DNA of 60,521 nucleotides, the filler included, from Sphacelaria rigidula (lineage: Eukaryota), in assembly GCA_964200075.2 (NCBI GenBank). It is 9 parts of 9 records of this genome, joined end to end, with 100 filler letters (N's around TTAATTAATTAA, not from the genome) between each part and the next. Parts side by side here need not be neighbours in the genome. Positions count along the whole stretch, not along the records: positions 47,153 to 53,787 come from CAXNAA020018928.1; positions 53,888 to 60,521 come from CAXNAA020018929.1; 7 more parts are not named here. One strand, written 5' to 3'. The translations under genes were made by a program, and so were the position numbers. The notes beneath the pieces are model-generated. The model saw nothing but the letters and a program-made list of their open reading frames with translations. It did no database searches and was not told where the DNA came from. This document shows positions 47,816 to 60,300 of the stretch, one piece after another (positions within the stretch are counted from its first letter, which is position 1; each line of letters opens with the position of its first letter).

Positions 47816-49374
47816 AGACGGTTCCCAGTTTTAGGCACTAGTACGAGTAGCGTAGTCCCGGGGAGTTCCGTGCTTCGCTTGTATTCGCCCGATACCACCC
47901 ACCTCATGTGACACGCCTTGAATGTCGAGTCGAGGAGCCTCGACGTCCAGGACCTCATGGAGGGCCACATGGCCGAACGAACAGCTAGTCACCCTAGCCT
48001 CGGCGTTGATCTTCGACACCTCGCACGACAGCTCCGACAACCTGCTCAGGCAGCAGTGATACCGCCGACGTGTACAAACGCATTGTCAGAAAGCGCTGAC
48101 AGCGGCCAGTTTGTCGGCGAAACCAACGATCTACCGTTACGTCTTGGTGCACGAATTGGTGTCATTCCTGGCTGCAGAGGAAACAAGGAAATGTGAGGAC
48201 ACGACCGTTCTGATGGCGCCGCATTCCTGGAACAACAAGGCACTCAAGGGTTCGGTACTAGTAGGCAAAGGTGATTGGGGAGCGGGGGCTGGTTATTCCC
48301 GCACAGTGAGGGGAAAACGTTGAGCGTATTCCCATCAGACATTCTACCGTTGCCCTTCCTCGGAGACGCGTTCAGAGTCTCGAGATGTCTACCCATCTCT
48401 AATCATGCGCGGGCGTTCTACCCCAATACTTGACTAAGATGTCAGAATGATATTTCCGAAGATCCACAACCGTCAGGAAGGACAATCGGGAATCATCGCA
48501 ACACAATATGAACGGTCATGCCTTGTTGGTCGAAGCATATCGAGTCACCAGAATTCAACGAGGACGGTCGAATGTTCGCCTTCATGTGTTGCCACGCATA
48601 CGACTGCTTATACAATATCTGTGATCTCGAGTTGGCTGCTCCGGCGTTCTGCACACAAACGTCTAACAGAACACGTGAAGATTTGTCGCCGTTTTCGTGA
48701 CGAAAATGTTCAGCGCTCATCCCTGGCAAAAACCAAAACAGAAATGGGGACAAGAGGTTCGCTCGTGCCGTGAGCAGACCGACACAACGGCAGATCATTC
48801 TAGATATGACGCACTTTCACCCGTGGTTTGCTTGTTCTTCCGTCTCCCGTAAAGATTGCGGGCGAGTATCGATCGCCCTGTAGCGCTAGATCAGGGTGAA
48901 AACCTTGCAAGCAACAGTTTGGTCTACGCAAATGAAGCTTTCGATTGGGGAATAGTGATACAGGTTCTCCTGCGCTGAAAACATCATCTCCTGCGGGCCT
49001 CTGGCTACCTCTACGAGGGCTGCCGTCGATGCTTCCAGCGCCGAGAGCTAGTAACAAACCGACATTGTGAATGTTTTCCTCAGAGCTACCACCCTCTGTT
49101 GGGATTGAAGGAGACTACCCTTGTTGGTCTCGCAGCAGTGGCGAAGCGTTCAACCCATTTCTCCCAAAATACTCGCCGGGAAGCTTGAGACAAAACGGTA
49201 CCGGGTACACTACAGCAGTCAGTTTCGCTCAAAACTGGTCACGGAGAACTGGGGGCGTACACCAGGCTTTACGAAAAACGCTTGAAACGAAGGCATCCAA
49301 AGCTGTTTACAAGAGGTCAGCATGACATTCACATATCTTCGCCTGCACCGCGGGGATGAAAATAGAGGACTCGC

Positions 49375-49617
49375 CCTGCGGGTTGTAGCAAATCAGCCTT
49401 ATTCAGTACCACCACATCAGCCTGCTGCAGCTGTCGCTTCAGCGCTACCGGCAGTCCTTCGCCGTCGTTCATCTTGCCCATGAGAAAGTCGCTGTCTACC
49501 ACAGCCACCACGGAGTCGAGCCTAGCGCGGGTGAGCTTCCCGAAGGTCTTGTCGAACGATTGGATCATACTCTCAGGATCAGAAACACCGCTTGTTTCCA
49601 CGACGAGGTAATCAAAC
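49375..49617 (-). CDS. Internal exon of a CobW/COG0523 (G3E P-loop GTPase, metallochaperone) family protein
   Basis: FDYLVVETSG (Walker B), RLDSVVAVVD, QLQQADVVVLNKAD (NKxD). TTTCAG acceptor. The 3' boundary is uncertain (GC donor at 49374 or GT donor at 49348). Confidence 0.88.
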
Positions 49618-50273
49618 CTGAAACAAGTAGACAAAACAAAGCGCAACGTATCGCGAATATTAAATCACGACATGCCGCTAGACCTGATTCGTTTTCTTGT
49701 CCCCTCTTCCCCCCCCTAGTACATTCGCCGTACAAGTGACCGTGCCTCCTTCCCGCAGAGTGGGCGGTTAAGAGTTCCTGGCAGTACTGTGTTCCCCAGA
49801 TAGCTCAGGCGCAACCTACTCCCGCGGTCTTGTTTTCTGCTACACCGTTTACCCGAAGGCCGTGCGGGGGCCTGTCGGGGGGTTCGCTAGGGAAAACTAC
49901 TAGCTCTCAGCTCAGCGCTCCGGGTCGATTTTTTCTGCTTGTTTCCTATTCCTTCTTCATCTATTTTTTCATTCTCGAGTTGCCTGCAGCGAGTATTTGT
50001 CATTTCTAGATTCGAAGCGGATCAAGTGACGGTGCGACAAGCAAACCATGGATTGAACATGCTAAGCGGCTGCCGTTCGAGCTGGGGCCGCTTCGGTACA
50101 GTTAAACAGGATGATCGATACAATAGTAAGGTGCAGAAACACGCACCTGCTGTCGCTGTTGTTGGAGCAAATGAGGGGGCCGTAAAAATACTCCGTCGAC
50201 AGCAGGTGTTCGGAGCCTACCGCGGCGGCACATCTATACTTTTCTCCGTATATAATACTGTACCCTATCTATA

Positions 50274-50348
50274 CTATACCCTGTCGTGGACACTGTACCC
50301 TGTCGTGGACACTATACCCTATCGTGGACACTTTGCCCCGTCGTGGAT
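50274..50348. repeat. 19-bp tandem repeat (CTATACCCTGTCGTGGACA) x4
   Basis: Direct inspection of the sequence. Confidence 0.9.
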
Positions 50349-51500
50349 CACGGTGACGGGACCAACACGCCGCCCGTTGCGACCACTAGGGGAGTAACGG
50401 AGGGTCATACACGAACGCCGGTGCTACGGTGGTGATGATGCTTGTTGCGCGAGAGGGTGTGGTATGCTGGAAAGCGAACTCGGGGTTAGAGATACACAAC
50501 GCGTGCGAGGTTGGCGGTGCATACACGTTTCAGAGCGGGTCCTACCCAAAAGCGGTTGACCCAGAAATGACACCCAAATTGTCATTTTTCAATTAGAGCC
50601 CGTCGCGCGCAGACACGTGACCAATCTTCAGCCAAAATCCTACCGGGGAGACGCATATTAACCACAAAATGGTTGGAGTCGAGAGCAACAGGGGTGCCTT
50701 CCTTCGTTTCGATTTCACAGCTGTTACCGGCAGCCGAGCTCCTGTCTCCCCAATCATTCGGCCTACTCAGCAAGTTTCCCGTCTCTGCCACAGCAGCTGC
50801 CGCAGACCGAGTAGGACGCAAACAGCTACTCCTGATCACAACAAAATGGTACTCCTCCGGCTTACTGGTTTCAGAATCTAGAAAACTTGTATCGTGTTGA
50901 CAAGTCCTGTTTTCTTCTTTATTGCAGTTTCTGTCGTGTCCAGCGGCTTCTTGGTCACCTGTCGTCGGCATGGTCAGGTCTCCTCAGCAAATCCGCGACC
51001 TTCTCCTCTAGTTGATCGCCCAATGAGCCTTGGCAGCACACGCATCCCCCGGCCAACTTATCCACGTTATCCGTGAGGCCGTCCCTCTCCACCATGCCGC
51101 CGTCATGATCCACTGACCCGTACTCATTTACCACGGCAGCAATCCGCAGGTTGTGCTGCAGAATTCCAGAAAGGGGTGAGGAATTCAGCAGGACTTTTGC
51201 AGTTGACCATTTGATAGCGAGACCCCCCCCTCACTCACTGCGTAAGCTAGACAACCAGGTTACCGCTTTGGTTTTTGCGCACTTGTGGGTTTTTTGCGGT
51301 AACCGTGACGGTGGTCGAGCTAGATCATGTTGTGCGGCGTGGGAGAACCTTAACTCCGCACAATGACGATGATCGTACTACGTAGTGTTGAAATGGTGGG
51401 ACACCCATGAGGCAGTGTAAAAGCCGTGGCTGTCTCTGGAAGTGGCGATACAAGAAAATGAAGCAACTCATTGAAGGCTGTCATGCAAATGCAAGGTAGT

Positions 51501-51578
51501 CAGTACGCATCGGGCTGAACAATCTCAGTACGCTTCGGGCTGAACACTCTCCGTAAGCTTCGGGCTGAACAATCTCAG
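51501..51578. repeat. 25-bp tandem repeat (CAGTACGCTTCGGGCTGAACAATCT) x3
   Basis: Direct inspection of the sequence. Confidence 0.9.
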
Positions 51579-51865
51579 GAGGATGCAGCTCACCCTTCGC
51601 GACTCGCCGAACACGCCACGGCGCTTCGCGCTTGGTGATTAATTGCGAGCCTGGTCCGGCGAAACCCGGCGTGCTCCGTCCCGGCTTCTTCGTAGGAATG
51701 CGGGGTCAATGGTCTTATGACGATGACATACATGGTCATGAGTACAGGAGTACACCGCCTGCTCCAATTAAATGCCTGTTATTGCCGTCCCGAAAGCAGA
51801 AATCAAATCGTAGTGACACCAGGTACATTCATACACACAGGAGGATAGAGGAGTGTATCTATATA

Positions 51866-52477
51866 CTTCCTCTGTCCCATAAGTAAAGGTACCTACATTT
51901 CTACGGGCCCTTAACGATGTTCGATCGTTATTTTGTTTTAAATGAAGTCTACGGTGTTCTTTGGGTTAAGAAAATGTGTTTAAATTTTGCAGCTCGTGCT
52001 TGAACCATGCAGCCGCGCGACCGAGCAAAAGTAGGTCGGTCCAAAAACGGCCGTTTTTCGCTCGTTTTCCCAGGGAAGCATGACAGACCGGGGGACACGA
52101 AAAATCGCGAAAAATGGGCCAAAAAATGGGCCAAAAAATGTGAAAATCGCGAAACTACCATTGGTTTTGGACATGTCCATGATATCAACCTACGCACGCC
52201 CTCTCCAACATTTTGTTAGCATGTGAATGCTAGTACTCGGCGTGAAAACGTCCAAAATCGGTCAATGATGGAGGGAAAATGAATCAAAACGGGTCAAAAT
52301 GGGGTATATTTCGACATGGTTTTAGTGATGAAGTCGAGTTTTTTTTTCGTCTTTTTTTTAATCAGCTTCGTCTGCGCTTTGCCGATCCAATAAACCCAAC
52401 CACAACATCGTCGCCACCACTGGCATACCTAAACAATGTACCGCCGTTGGGTACCTTTACTTATGGGACAAATGAAG
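51866..52477. mobile_element. Stowaway-like MITE (Tc1/mariner), TA TSD
   Basis: TA|CTTCCTCTGTCCCATAAGTAAAGGTACC...GGTACCTTTACTTATGGGACAAATGAAG|TA. Confidence 0.88.
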
Positions 52478-53222
52478 TATTTATAGAAGATGGTGCATGA
52501 TACATCACTGACTTCGTGGCAATGTATGGCTCAAGTCAGGGCGATTTCATGCTGTTTCATTGTTCCATCAGGTTCACGCAGCCGTGGTCACCACATAGAA
52601 TTTGGGCATTCGAAATTATAGCAAAATAGGACAGTACTTTGCCAACTCCAGATTGTGTGTCCTAGTGGGTATTGACGTCTCTTACGTAGTACCGTGCGTC
52701 TAGCAGGCTGCGGTACTTTCATCTCCATAACCTTCGCGGGGGTGGGCAACTGTAGCTTTGGGGTGTGTGCTGGGGGTGATTTCCACCGAATGTACGCCAC
52801 AGGATACTGAGAAACATCTCCATATATTTAGGGGTCGCAGGATATGCACTGCATACCACACCCTCCCTTGAGCCCTCCCGTCCGCCTCAGAGCATCACTC
52901 TCTGGGTATGTTCAGATTGGTCAGTAACCCGCATGCGTGGCCAACCACAATGCGGCTTGTGGGTGCAAGCACGCGTCGAACATGTATTGGCGTTGCGTTA
53001 CATGTGACGGCGCTTCGACTGACCGCCACCATGCGGTGCTGTACAGCACGGAGAGTTCATCACACTTTCATCAAAAACAGCTGCATACAGCGGCGATTGA
53101 TGCAGCTCATGTATGATCAGTGTGGCGTCGCTTCTTCACTGTACACAACCAAGGTTACCTTTTACGTCAACGTACCGGCTGGTTTAGGGTGAACGACCGG
53201 AATTTACTCCCCAGAAATCGTT

Positions 53223-53537
53223 CGCGCCGCTCTTGCGAGTTAGACCCTAAAATCATGCACACGGGTGCTCTGAGATATTTAAAAGGTCTCTGTGGATGGG
53301 GCCTAAAATCGTGCACACGGGTGCTCTGAGATATTTAAAAGGTCTCTGTGGATGGGGCCTCGCGATTATTATTTTCGCCGCACATCCAGGGTCCCAAGAG
53401 GCGGTGTCGGACACTGCGGACCCCGGACATCTGGCGACGAAAACATGATCGGAAGACACACATCCACACAGGGCTTCTAAACATATCAGAGCGTCCGTGT
53501 GCAAAACTTCAGGGTGTAACTCAAAAAAGCGGTGTGA
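53223..53537. mobile_element. MITE-like element with ~80-bp inverted arms and an internal 56-bp tandem duplication (53246-53360)
   Basis: GAGTTAGACCCTAAAATCATGCACACGGGTGCTCTGAGATATTTAAAAGG matches the reverse complement of 53460-53537. Confidence 0.65.
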
Positions 53538-53602
53538 AAGATCTGCCGTATGTGCGTTGAAATATACACACGTATGCGGAATCCCACCAATTACTCCATT
53601 AA

Positions 53603-53787
53603 CCCTTTTGGGACTGAAGCTCACCAACACCACCTTCACGACGTGTTAGTAAAATAATAGTAAACAAGTCTGGGAGCTACCTGTCCAATCAGGGCGAGGC
53701 GAAATTTATCGATCACATCAGAACGACCAGTTGGGGGGGGGGCTGTTGCCGGGGGTGATGCCACCGCAAAGTTGGTGTACCATGTCC
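53603..53787 (+). mobile_element. piggyBac-like element end (TTAA|CCC), same family as 60059-60462
   Basis: TTAA|CCCTTTTGGGACTGAAGCTCACC...AAGTCTGGGAGC.ACCTGTCCAATCAG matches contig 9. Confidence 0.7.
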
Positions 53788-53887
53788 NNNNNNNNNNNNN
53801 NNNNNNNNNNNNNNNNNNNNNNNNNNNNNNNTTAATTAATTAANNNNNNNNNNNNNNNNNNNNNNNNNNNNNNNNNNNNNNNNNNNN
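53788..53887. other. Artificial contig spacer
   Basis: 44 N + TTAATTAATTAA + 44 N. Confidence 0.98.
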
Positions 53888-54041
53888 GACCAAAATGAAA
53901 GGCACGTACCGGGGGAGAGATGGGTTGATCCCTTGAGACCACGGACTCATCCCGAGGAAAGGGGGGGGTTCAAAGTGTGCGGGGAAAAAAAATCAGCTAC
54001 TTTGAAGAAAAAAGTCAACGCGTAAGTACTTCTATCGTATT

Positions 54042-54647
54042 CTTCCTCTGTCCCTTAAGTAAAGTCCGTTATAATCACATGGACCCTTAACGGTGTCCAA
54101 TGCCGTAGGCGATATCATTTTGAAATCTTCAGGGGCTTTGTAGTTGTATCACGTCTTTTTTTATTCCTGTTTGCGCAGTAGCCAGCGTGCGCGAACGGTC
54201 GATAAACGATCATATGACACAAAAATGGCCATATTTCGTCACTTTTCCGTAACACACAGAAAAACCCTGGAAACCCGAAAAACGGCTAAAATCGAGAGAG
54301 AAAAAAAACATAACTGGCTCTTTTTCGCCGGTCCGGAGCTGGCATACGATAACTACGCCTAGTCCGAAACCACCTGTTTACATTGCAACCTTCAATTACT
54401 TCAACATAAGCCAAATTCGTCGAAATTAAGCCGACAATGTACAGATTGGTGAAATTTGGTCGAAATTTGGCCATGTTTGACCCGACGATTACAAGGTTGT
54501 AGGTCGAATATTTTGTTTTTGTTTTTTCCAATGGCCATATCCACAACTATATATTTTCAACGAACCTAACCACAACATCGTGGGCACCTCCGTTGGCGAG
54601 GTACGGCCTCTCCCCCGTAACAGACTTCACGTATGGGACGGAGGAAG
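54042..54647. mobile_element. Stowaway-like MITE related to 51866-52477
   Basis: CTTCCTCTGTCCCTTAAGTAAAGTCCGTTA...TAACAGACTTCACGTATGGGACGGAGGAAG|TA. Similar length (606 vs 612 bp) and shared AACCACAACATCGT. Confidence 0.85.
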
Positions 54648-56219
54648 TAGGTGCACAATTTTTCTCTGAGGCTCAGCACTTTGGAAGTCACTCACTGACA
54701 AACATCTGGGCCCTAGTGTGGCGCCTCAGAAACCTTGTGAACTCAAACGTGCATCCCCTGCCTTAAAATTACTTGCATCAGGAATCGAACCCTCGTTCTG
54801 TCCACCCTAATGGAGACAGTCGGACCACTACACGACCGGGGCTCGGTGACACCTGCGTATGACTTTTTCAGGTGTCGTGTCGAACGCGATTTTATGAAGA
54901 GACTGAGATTGTTTTTCTGAACTGTGCTTACAGCCGTGAGCTTCATTGCGCCACAGCAGAAACATTTCACTTGAAATGGAGGATGGCATTACATCACTCC
55001 GACCCTACCAGCGTGAACCCGCTCGGAAGAGTACGATAAAAAGGGTACGCACCCGATCGCGGAATGGTTTCATCTGTTTCGATGCGGGTCGTTTCTATGA
55101 AATTTGGTACCTTTTTACGTACCCACCCACAAAACACGCTTGTAATGACTGCGGGGTGGGGCGACGCACGACAAAGTTAATACAGTACTATGGAGAGCGG
55201 AAAGAACACTGCCTGGATCAAGATGACACGATGGTCGCGAACAAGTAGAAGTGAAGTTTTCCAAGCATCGGATAACGTGTAGATGCAGAATAATAGCATT
55301 TCCTTTTCAGAAAACACATGCTGGTGCTTGCAGTATCACCGAATACGACGTTTGGCCGTTTGTTTTTACCCCGGCTAATTTCGTTACGGGGACAGCTGTG
55401 CACACACATGTACAACTTCTCATGTTGCAATGAAGGCGCCGCTATCGTATACAATGAAAATTGCGACCAAGTACCCCACATCATAGCGCACTTAAAACTC
55501 GCCATGTCACAAGTCTGATCCGCTATGTTAGTGTCGAGATATAGCACCATTACCAAGTAACGTACAGGATACCGCTGTAGTGCGGTTCTAGCAGGACTGG
55601 CGAACAACCGCACTGCAGCAGGACCCTAACTGTGTCAATATATACATATGATTACTTGTTTCTCTATGTGAAACAACTCTGAACTTGGCGTCCATGTCAG
55701 GTTACTCCGCCTGTTCTACTCTTCCTTCATCACGTTGCTACTTCCCGCGAGGTCTCTTACCGCGGGTATTTCTGTTCCTTCACCTCTTGTGGAGCCCATC
55801 TTTTGAACACGACTGGAATCGCAGCGAATCAGCCCGTGTGTGATTAATCATATAATTCCTCACGCAACACACCTGCAGCATCATCACTTTCCGATGGAGT
55901 AAGTATCGACAGCGTCCACAAGCTTGCACGGATGAGAACCACATTCCCGTACGCGAGCGCCACTGTCATAACTACGCCTCGTTTCCAATCTAGAGGCCGA
56001 CTAGGACGTGCGGCATCGCACCTTCGGCGGATCTGGCCGCAGTTCGAAAAAAAATGTCCAGCGGTCGACGGGGGTGGCAGGAGGGGCAGGGGAGGGAAGG
56101 GACGCTGGCCGGGTCAGGACAATGGAGCACGAAAAATTGAGATTTCAATCCCTTTTGTCAAAGCTTTCAACCCCTTGCGTTACGAGCACTGGGAACGAGT
56201 CCGTAGCCTCACCGGATAA

Positions 56220-56455
56220 TGAGGGTCTCCTCCGGCACATGCCTCGCATTTCGGTATCAACGATTGTATCAGCACTCCCGTATCTCATCGACTTCTGTGG
56301 GGTTGCTTTGGTTGCTGCTCACGCCCTAGCGCTTCCAACGGCGGGAGACAGATTTTCCCCTGAAATATCCTGTCTGTCGAGACTTGAACCCGTAATCCTT
56401 CACCCTTACTGTGACCACGGGTTCGAGAGATCGGGCTAACGCGTGGAAATACAAC
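56220..56455 (+). mobile_element. LINE-type 3' end
   Basis: Ends with the TGTGACCACGGGTTCGAGAGATCGGG motif (also at 29591) and a short ACAAC tail. Confidence 0.5.
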
Positions 56456-58779
56456 TGATGGGGACTGGGAATTGTTGCAATTCCACCGTGGCGGTGCTTC
56501 TATAGACACCGGTATAGCACATTAATTTCGAGTAATTTAATATAATTTTTCGATCAGGTCCGTTTCATAAGAAAAAGCTGATTTCAGTACGCACTTCCTC
56601 ACACATGTTGTTGCCACCCTTCTGGGGCCCGCAGCCGCAGTACAGTACCGTGCAGCCCCGGAATGACATCCAGGGCAGCAACGGCCTCACAAGCGGTGCT
56701 CCGTCTATTGGTATACGGGTTAGTGTACCCGACGTTCGCTATGAACGCCGCCGTGCCCGCGGTATGGTTACGGTGGCGGGGGGCTTGGCGTTGCAGTCTA
56801 CATTTGCGCTCAGCTTGCTGCCGCTGCATCCTGCACGACTCTGGATACAGGGCATAGGATAAGATAGTTTTACCCTCGTCGTTGTGTGTTGCTTCATGCT
56901 GGTCGGATGAAACATAGCCCCGAGAAAAAGGCTGTACCCGCATCAATGCTGTTGACTCCCTTTTTCTGGCTGTCGAGATGTTGTGTTGGATGGTTCATGT
57001 TGATGAGTGCCATAGAGGCAGTACCCACGGTGCGGTGCTCCTTGGCTTACCACGGCTGGTGCACCTTGCGGCACAGATACTGCCGGCACCGCGACAGAAA
57101 GAGCGTTGGTGAAAGGTACAGTGGCGGAGACAACCAAGCAGTTTACACACGGGACATGAGACGGCTAACATAATCATATATTTCTCTTGCGTGTGCAACC
57201 CCGGATGCTAGAGGCAACAACTCGTCATTGGTTCAAACCCCCCGCGGTGTTTTTCACACCGCTTTAGTATTGCACCCTCTCACTGCGGCTTGACCAAATG
57301 TGACGTATACTAAAGAGCGTCAACGACAACTTGTGTTGCGCCGACCATATACCCCCGCCGTTTTGCTGAAACCGCCTCAATTCTGCTATGTTGATGCGGC
57401 TCCAGGGCTGTCACGCTCAACAAAGTCCTCGACGAGGACTTGCGTTGAGCCGAAAACACCCAGCCTCATGCTATACTACCTCTTAGCGGCTCCACTACTG
57501 TAAGGTATGACGTATGCCTATAAGCAGTAAGGTACGGGGTTCTGCAGATAATGACTCTTGCGATTATTTTGGTTCCAGGGTTGGGGCAACATTTCAATCA
57601 TGAATACGGCGCTTCATGAACGCGTGTTGAGAAGTCATGCTATGGAGGGGGGAGGGGTGGGGGGCAAACTCATTTGTTGCTTGCCTCAGTCGTTTGACCA
57701 TTGACCACACATCCCGTTCGAGACGAAGCACATGATGGGGGAGGGAGGGGAGGTTATTTTACGACAAAAAAAACTCGTAGTCATGTCAGACGATCTAACA
57801 CACTCGTGGCGCGCTTGTAGAGGGATAGAAACGGTGCCAAGCAGTATGAATAAGCGTTATCAATCGGTGACAACCGCGCTCGAGCAACCGTTGCTGCTTT
57901 CAACGACGATTTGAAGTGGAATTTTATCGAGAAAATGGCCCAGAACCCCCCCCCTCCCCTATCGCAGCATAACTCTAATGCTTTTTGGAATTATCGCCTA
58001 TGAACCCACTGTGCTGCGGGGAATAGGCTGCATCGATGCACAAGACGATCTCCATGTGCCTGCTCACTGCGCCGCAAGATTGAAGAGAAATTCCACATTG
58101 TGTGCGATCGTTGAATTCTACGGCGTTTACGACCTTTTCGCGTTTTCGCACACTTACTTTTCACAGTACGCATGCGATCAACTCTGTAGAGCTCCACGAC
58201 GAACGGGTACTTACTGGTCAGCAATATATAACACCGAAGCGAATGTTCACGTCATGAAAAATATATATTAGCACTCATACACTTGTTCCACGTTCATGTC
58301 ATCAGTTCGAGCTGTCACCCGTTGAATAGGTCTCGATATTGGGCGATAGAACGGCAGACTCATGTGCATCTGCGGTAGAAATCTGATTATTTCGGAAATG
58401 TTCAACAGCCATTCACTTTGCCATGTTCGTTCATTAATTCTACTTGTCCGTGCGGTCACCCCGCTCTACACTTTGCTCCACGGGTCTCGATGAATCAGAG
58501 GGGAAAAGGACAGTTGTACCCCGTGGTGGTCAACATATTTGACTCTTTCAAAAACTGGTCTGGTATTTATATTGGTTTCTCTGAATATTCATGTATCATT
58601 GGGCCCGGACGGTTTCACTTCCGGTCCAGTCGTAACCTCACCGTGTTGAATACCGCTCAATATTGAGCGAGATATTGGCGGGTGTTACATATTACTGACC
58701 ACTGATCCTATTTTGAGTGACATTCTGTGCAAATCAGAACCGTCAGCGGGCTGGCTTTCTCGTGCCGAAGAATCGCTAG

Positions 58780-58905
58780 GGCAGGAAACCACTTTACAGC
58801 ATGTTCTAGATCAACACGTTGACGATGCCGGTATTTTTTATCTGTTCTGCCTCGCCACATATGAAGAAGAGGAGAGTCAAACGCACAAAGTGCAACACGT
58901 GTACC
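58780..58905 (+). pseudogene. Highly decayed chromodomain-like remnant (probably an old chromovirus integrase)
   Basis: TTLQHVLDQHVDDAGIFYLFCLATYEEEESQT resembles xVExILDHR....YLVxWxGYxxEExTW, but the conserved Trp residues are lost. Confidence 0.35.
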
Positions 58906-59787
58906 CTGCTGCCGCGTCAAGATAATGAAAAGGGCAGTGGCTTAGAAAAGGTACGCCTTCTCGTATTCTGCCCAAAAAAGATACGAAAGATCACCAGAAA
59001 CGCGAAAACAGCAAAACACACAATCTACGACGATTTCGCTCCGAAGTTTTCACGCACAGCAATCGGGGGGCTCCCCAGCATCCGCGCCTCGACAAAAAAT
59101 CATAAAAAAACATGTTACTCGCGAGATCATGACCATGCGCAGAAGGACGTCTCCCCTCCAGAAACCACTTCTCCTTTCCATGCCACATTCCGGCCAGGTA
59201 TACCTGATCTAGGAATTATTTTTCAACCTTACCTTGTCTGGGCCAGCAGTCGGTCCAGAAAGTACCTCTCCTGGGCCATCGCTTCCCGCACTGTACCTGA
59301 TGCGGCACACTGCGGGTAGGGGAATCTACGCGACAACTCCAACCATGGCGTTCACACATTCGGCTCTTTTCCGCCCATTTTCCGTTCACGAACGCCACAA
59401 CGACTACACTCTTCTCTCCGCGGTATAATGATTCCCGAGTCTCTCCGCATCGACAGAAGAACTGGACTCACAAATCACAACGCTTCGGTCTTCGGCGCTT
59501 GCGCAGGGTTACGTACCATCGTGCCGTTGCGATCTGGGGCTGGCGTCATGTTCCTTTTGGGACCCTTTTCCCGCACAATGGGATGTTGATGGCAGGTGTC
59601 CATTTCTTGTATCGTTTTCAAGTCAAAATGATGGCGATTCACACCTTTTTGTGGAATGGTATAATTTTGACTTGAAAACAACACAACTGATGGACGCATG
59701 CCACTAACACACGATTATCGTGAGGGAAAAGTGGAGGAAAGTGCAAAAAACATACCGTTGTGGGGAGTCCGGTCCCAACAGCTTTAA

Positions 59788-59889
59788 CCCTTCTAGACCG
59801 CGATGCGGGTAGTCCATCTGTATCACGCATACTTTTGCCAGTGAAATTGATGCCGATTCAGCAGGTGAACTACCCTCGCGGTCAAAGGG
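59788..59889. mobile_element. 102-bp piggyBac-like MITE, TTAA flanks
   Basis: TTAA|CCCTTCTAGACCGCGA..GGGTAGTCCATCTG...CAGGTGAACTACCCTCGCGGTCAAAGGG|TTAA. Confidence 0.75.
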
Positions 59890-59893
59890 TTAA

Positions 59894-60054
59894 CCCTCTT
59901 GGGACCGGATTCCCAGAAACATGTGGTTGGTTTGCACACAGGGGCCCTTTTTGGGAATCGGCATTATTCGTCGTTTTCAAGTGGAATCATGCCCGTTCAC
60001 GGAAAGGCCCCTGCGTGCAAACCACATGTTTCTGGCAGTCCGATCCCAAAAGGG
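59894..60054. mobile_element. 161-bp piggyBac-like MITE, TTAA flanks
   Basis: TTAA|CCCTCTTGGGACCGGATTCCCAGAAACATGTGG...CCACATGTTTCTGGCAGTCCGATCCCAAAAGGG|TTAA. Confidence 0.85.
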
Positions 60055-60083
60055 TTAACCCTTGTGGGACTCAAGCTCACCAA

Positions 60084-60300
60084 GGCCGTGTCTTAGCACA
60101 CCAGTTTTCGATCGAAAAAGTGCGGTGGAAAACAAAACTCCTGATCTGATAGGCCGTGATTCCAAGCATCTTCAAAATAAAGCATAAATAAAGCATCTTC
60201 AAAATTATCGACGATGGTTGATATTACGACCTTTAAGATGGGAATTTTTTTTTCCACCGCACTTTTTCGATCAAAAACTAATGTGCTAAGACACACGCCC
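60084..60300. mobile_element. Tourist-like (PIF/Harbinger) MITE nested in a piggyBac-like element
   Basis: ~55-bp TIRs GGCCGTGTCTTAGCACA..TTTCGATCGAAAAAGTGCGGTGGAAAA. It is absent from the homologous site at ~53625; there are 3 extra bp (CAA/TGA). Confidence 0.75.

Noticed and set aside
47850..49320. Decayed CRE-like non-LTR reverse transcriptase
   Set aside because: Only faint resemblance across many stops; no YxDD or other firm motif.
54700..55620. Possible viral or transposase remnant ORFs
   Set aside because: Short ORFs with no recognisable motif.
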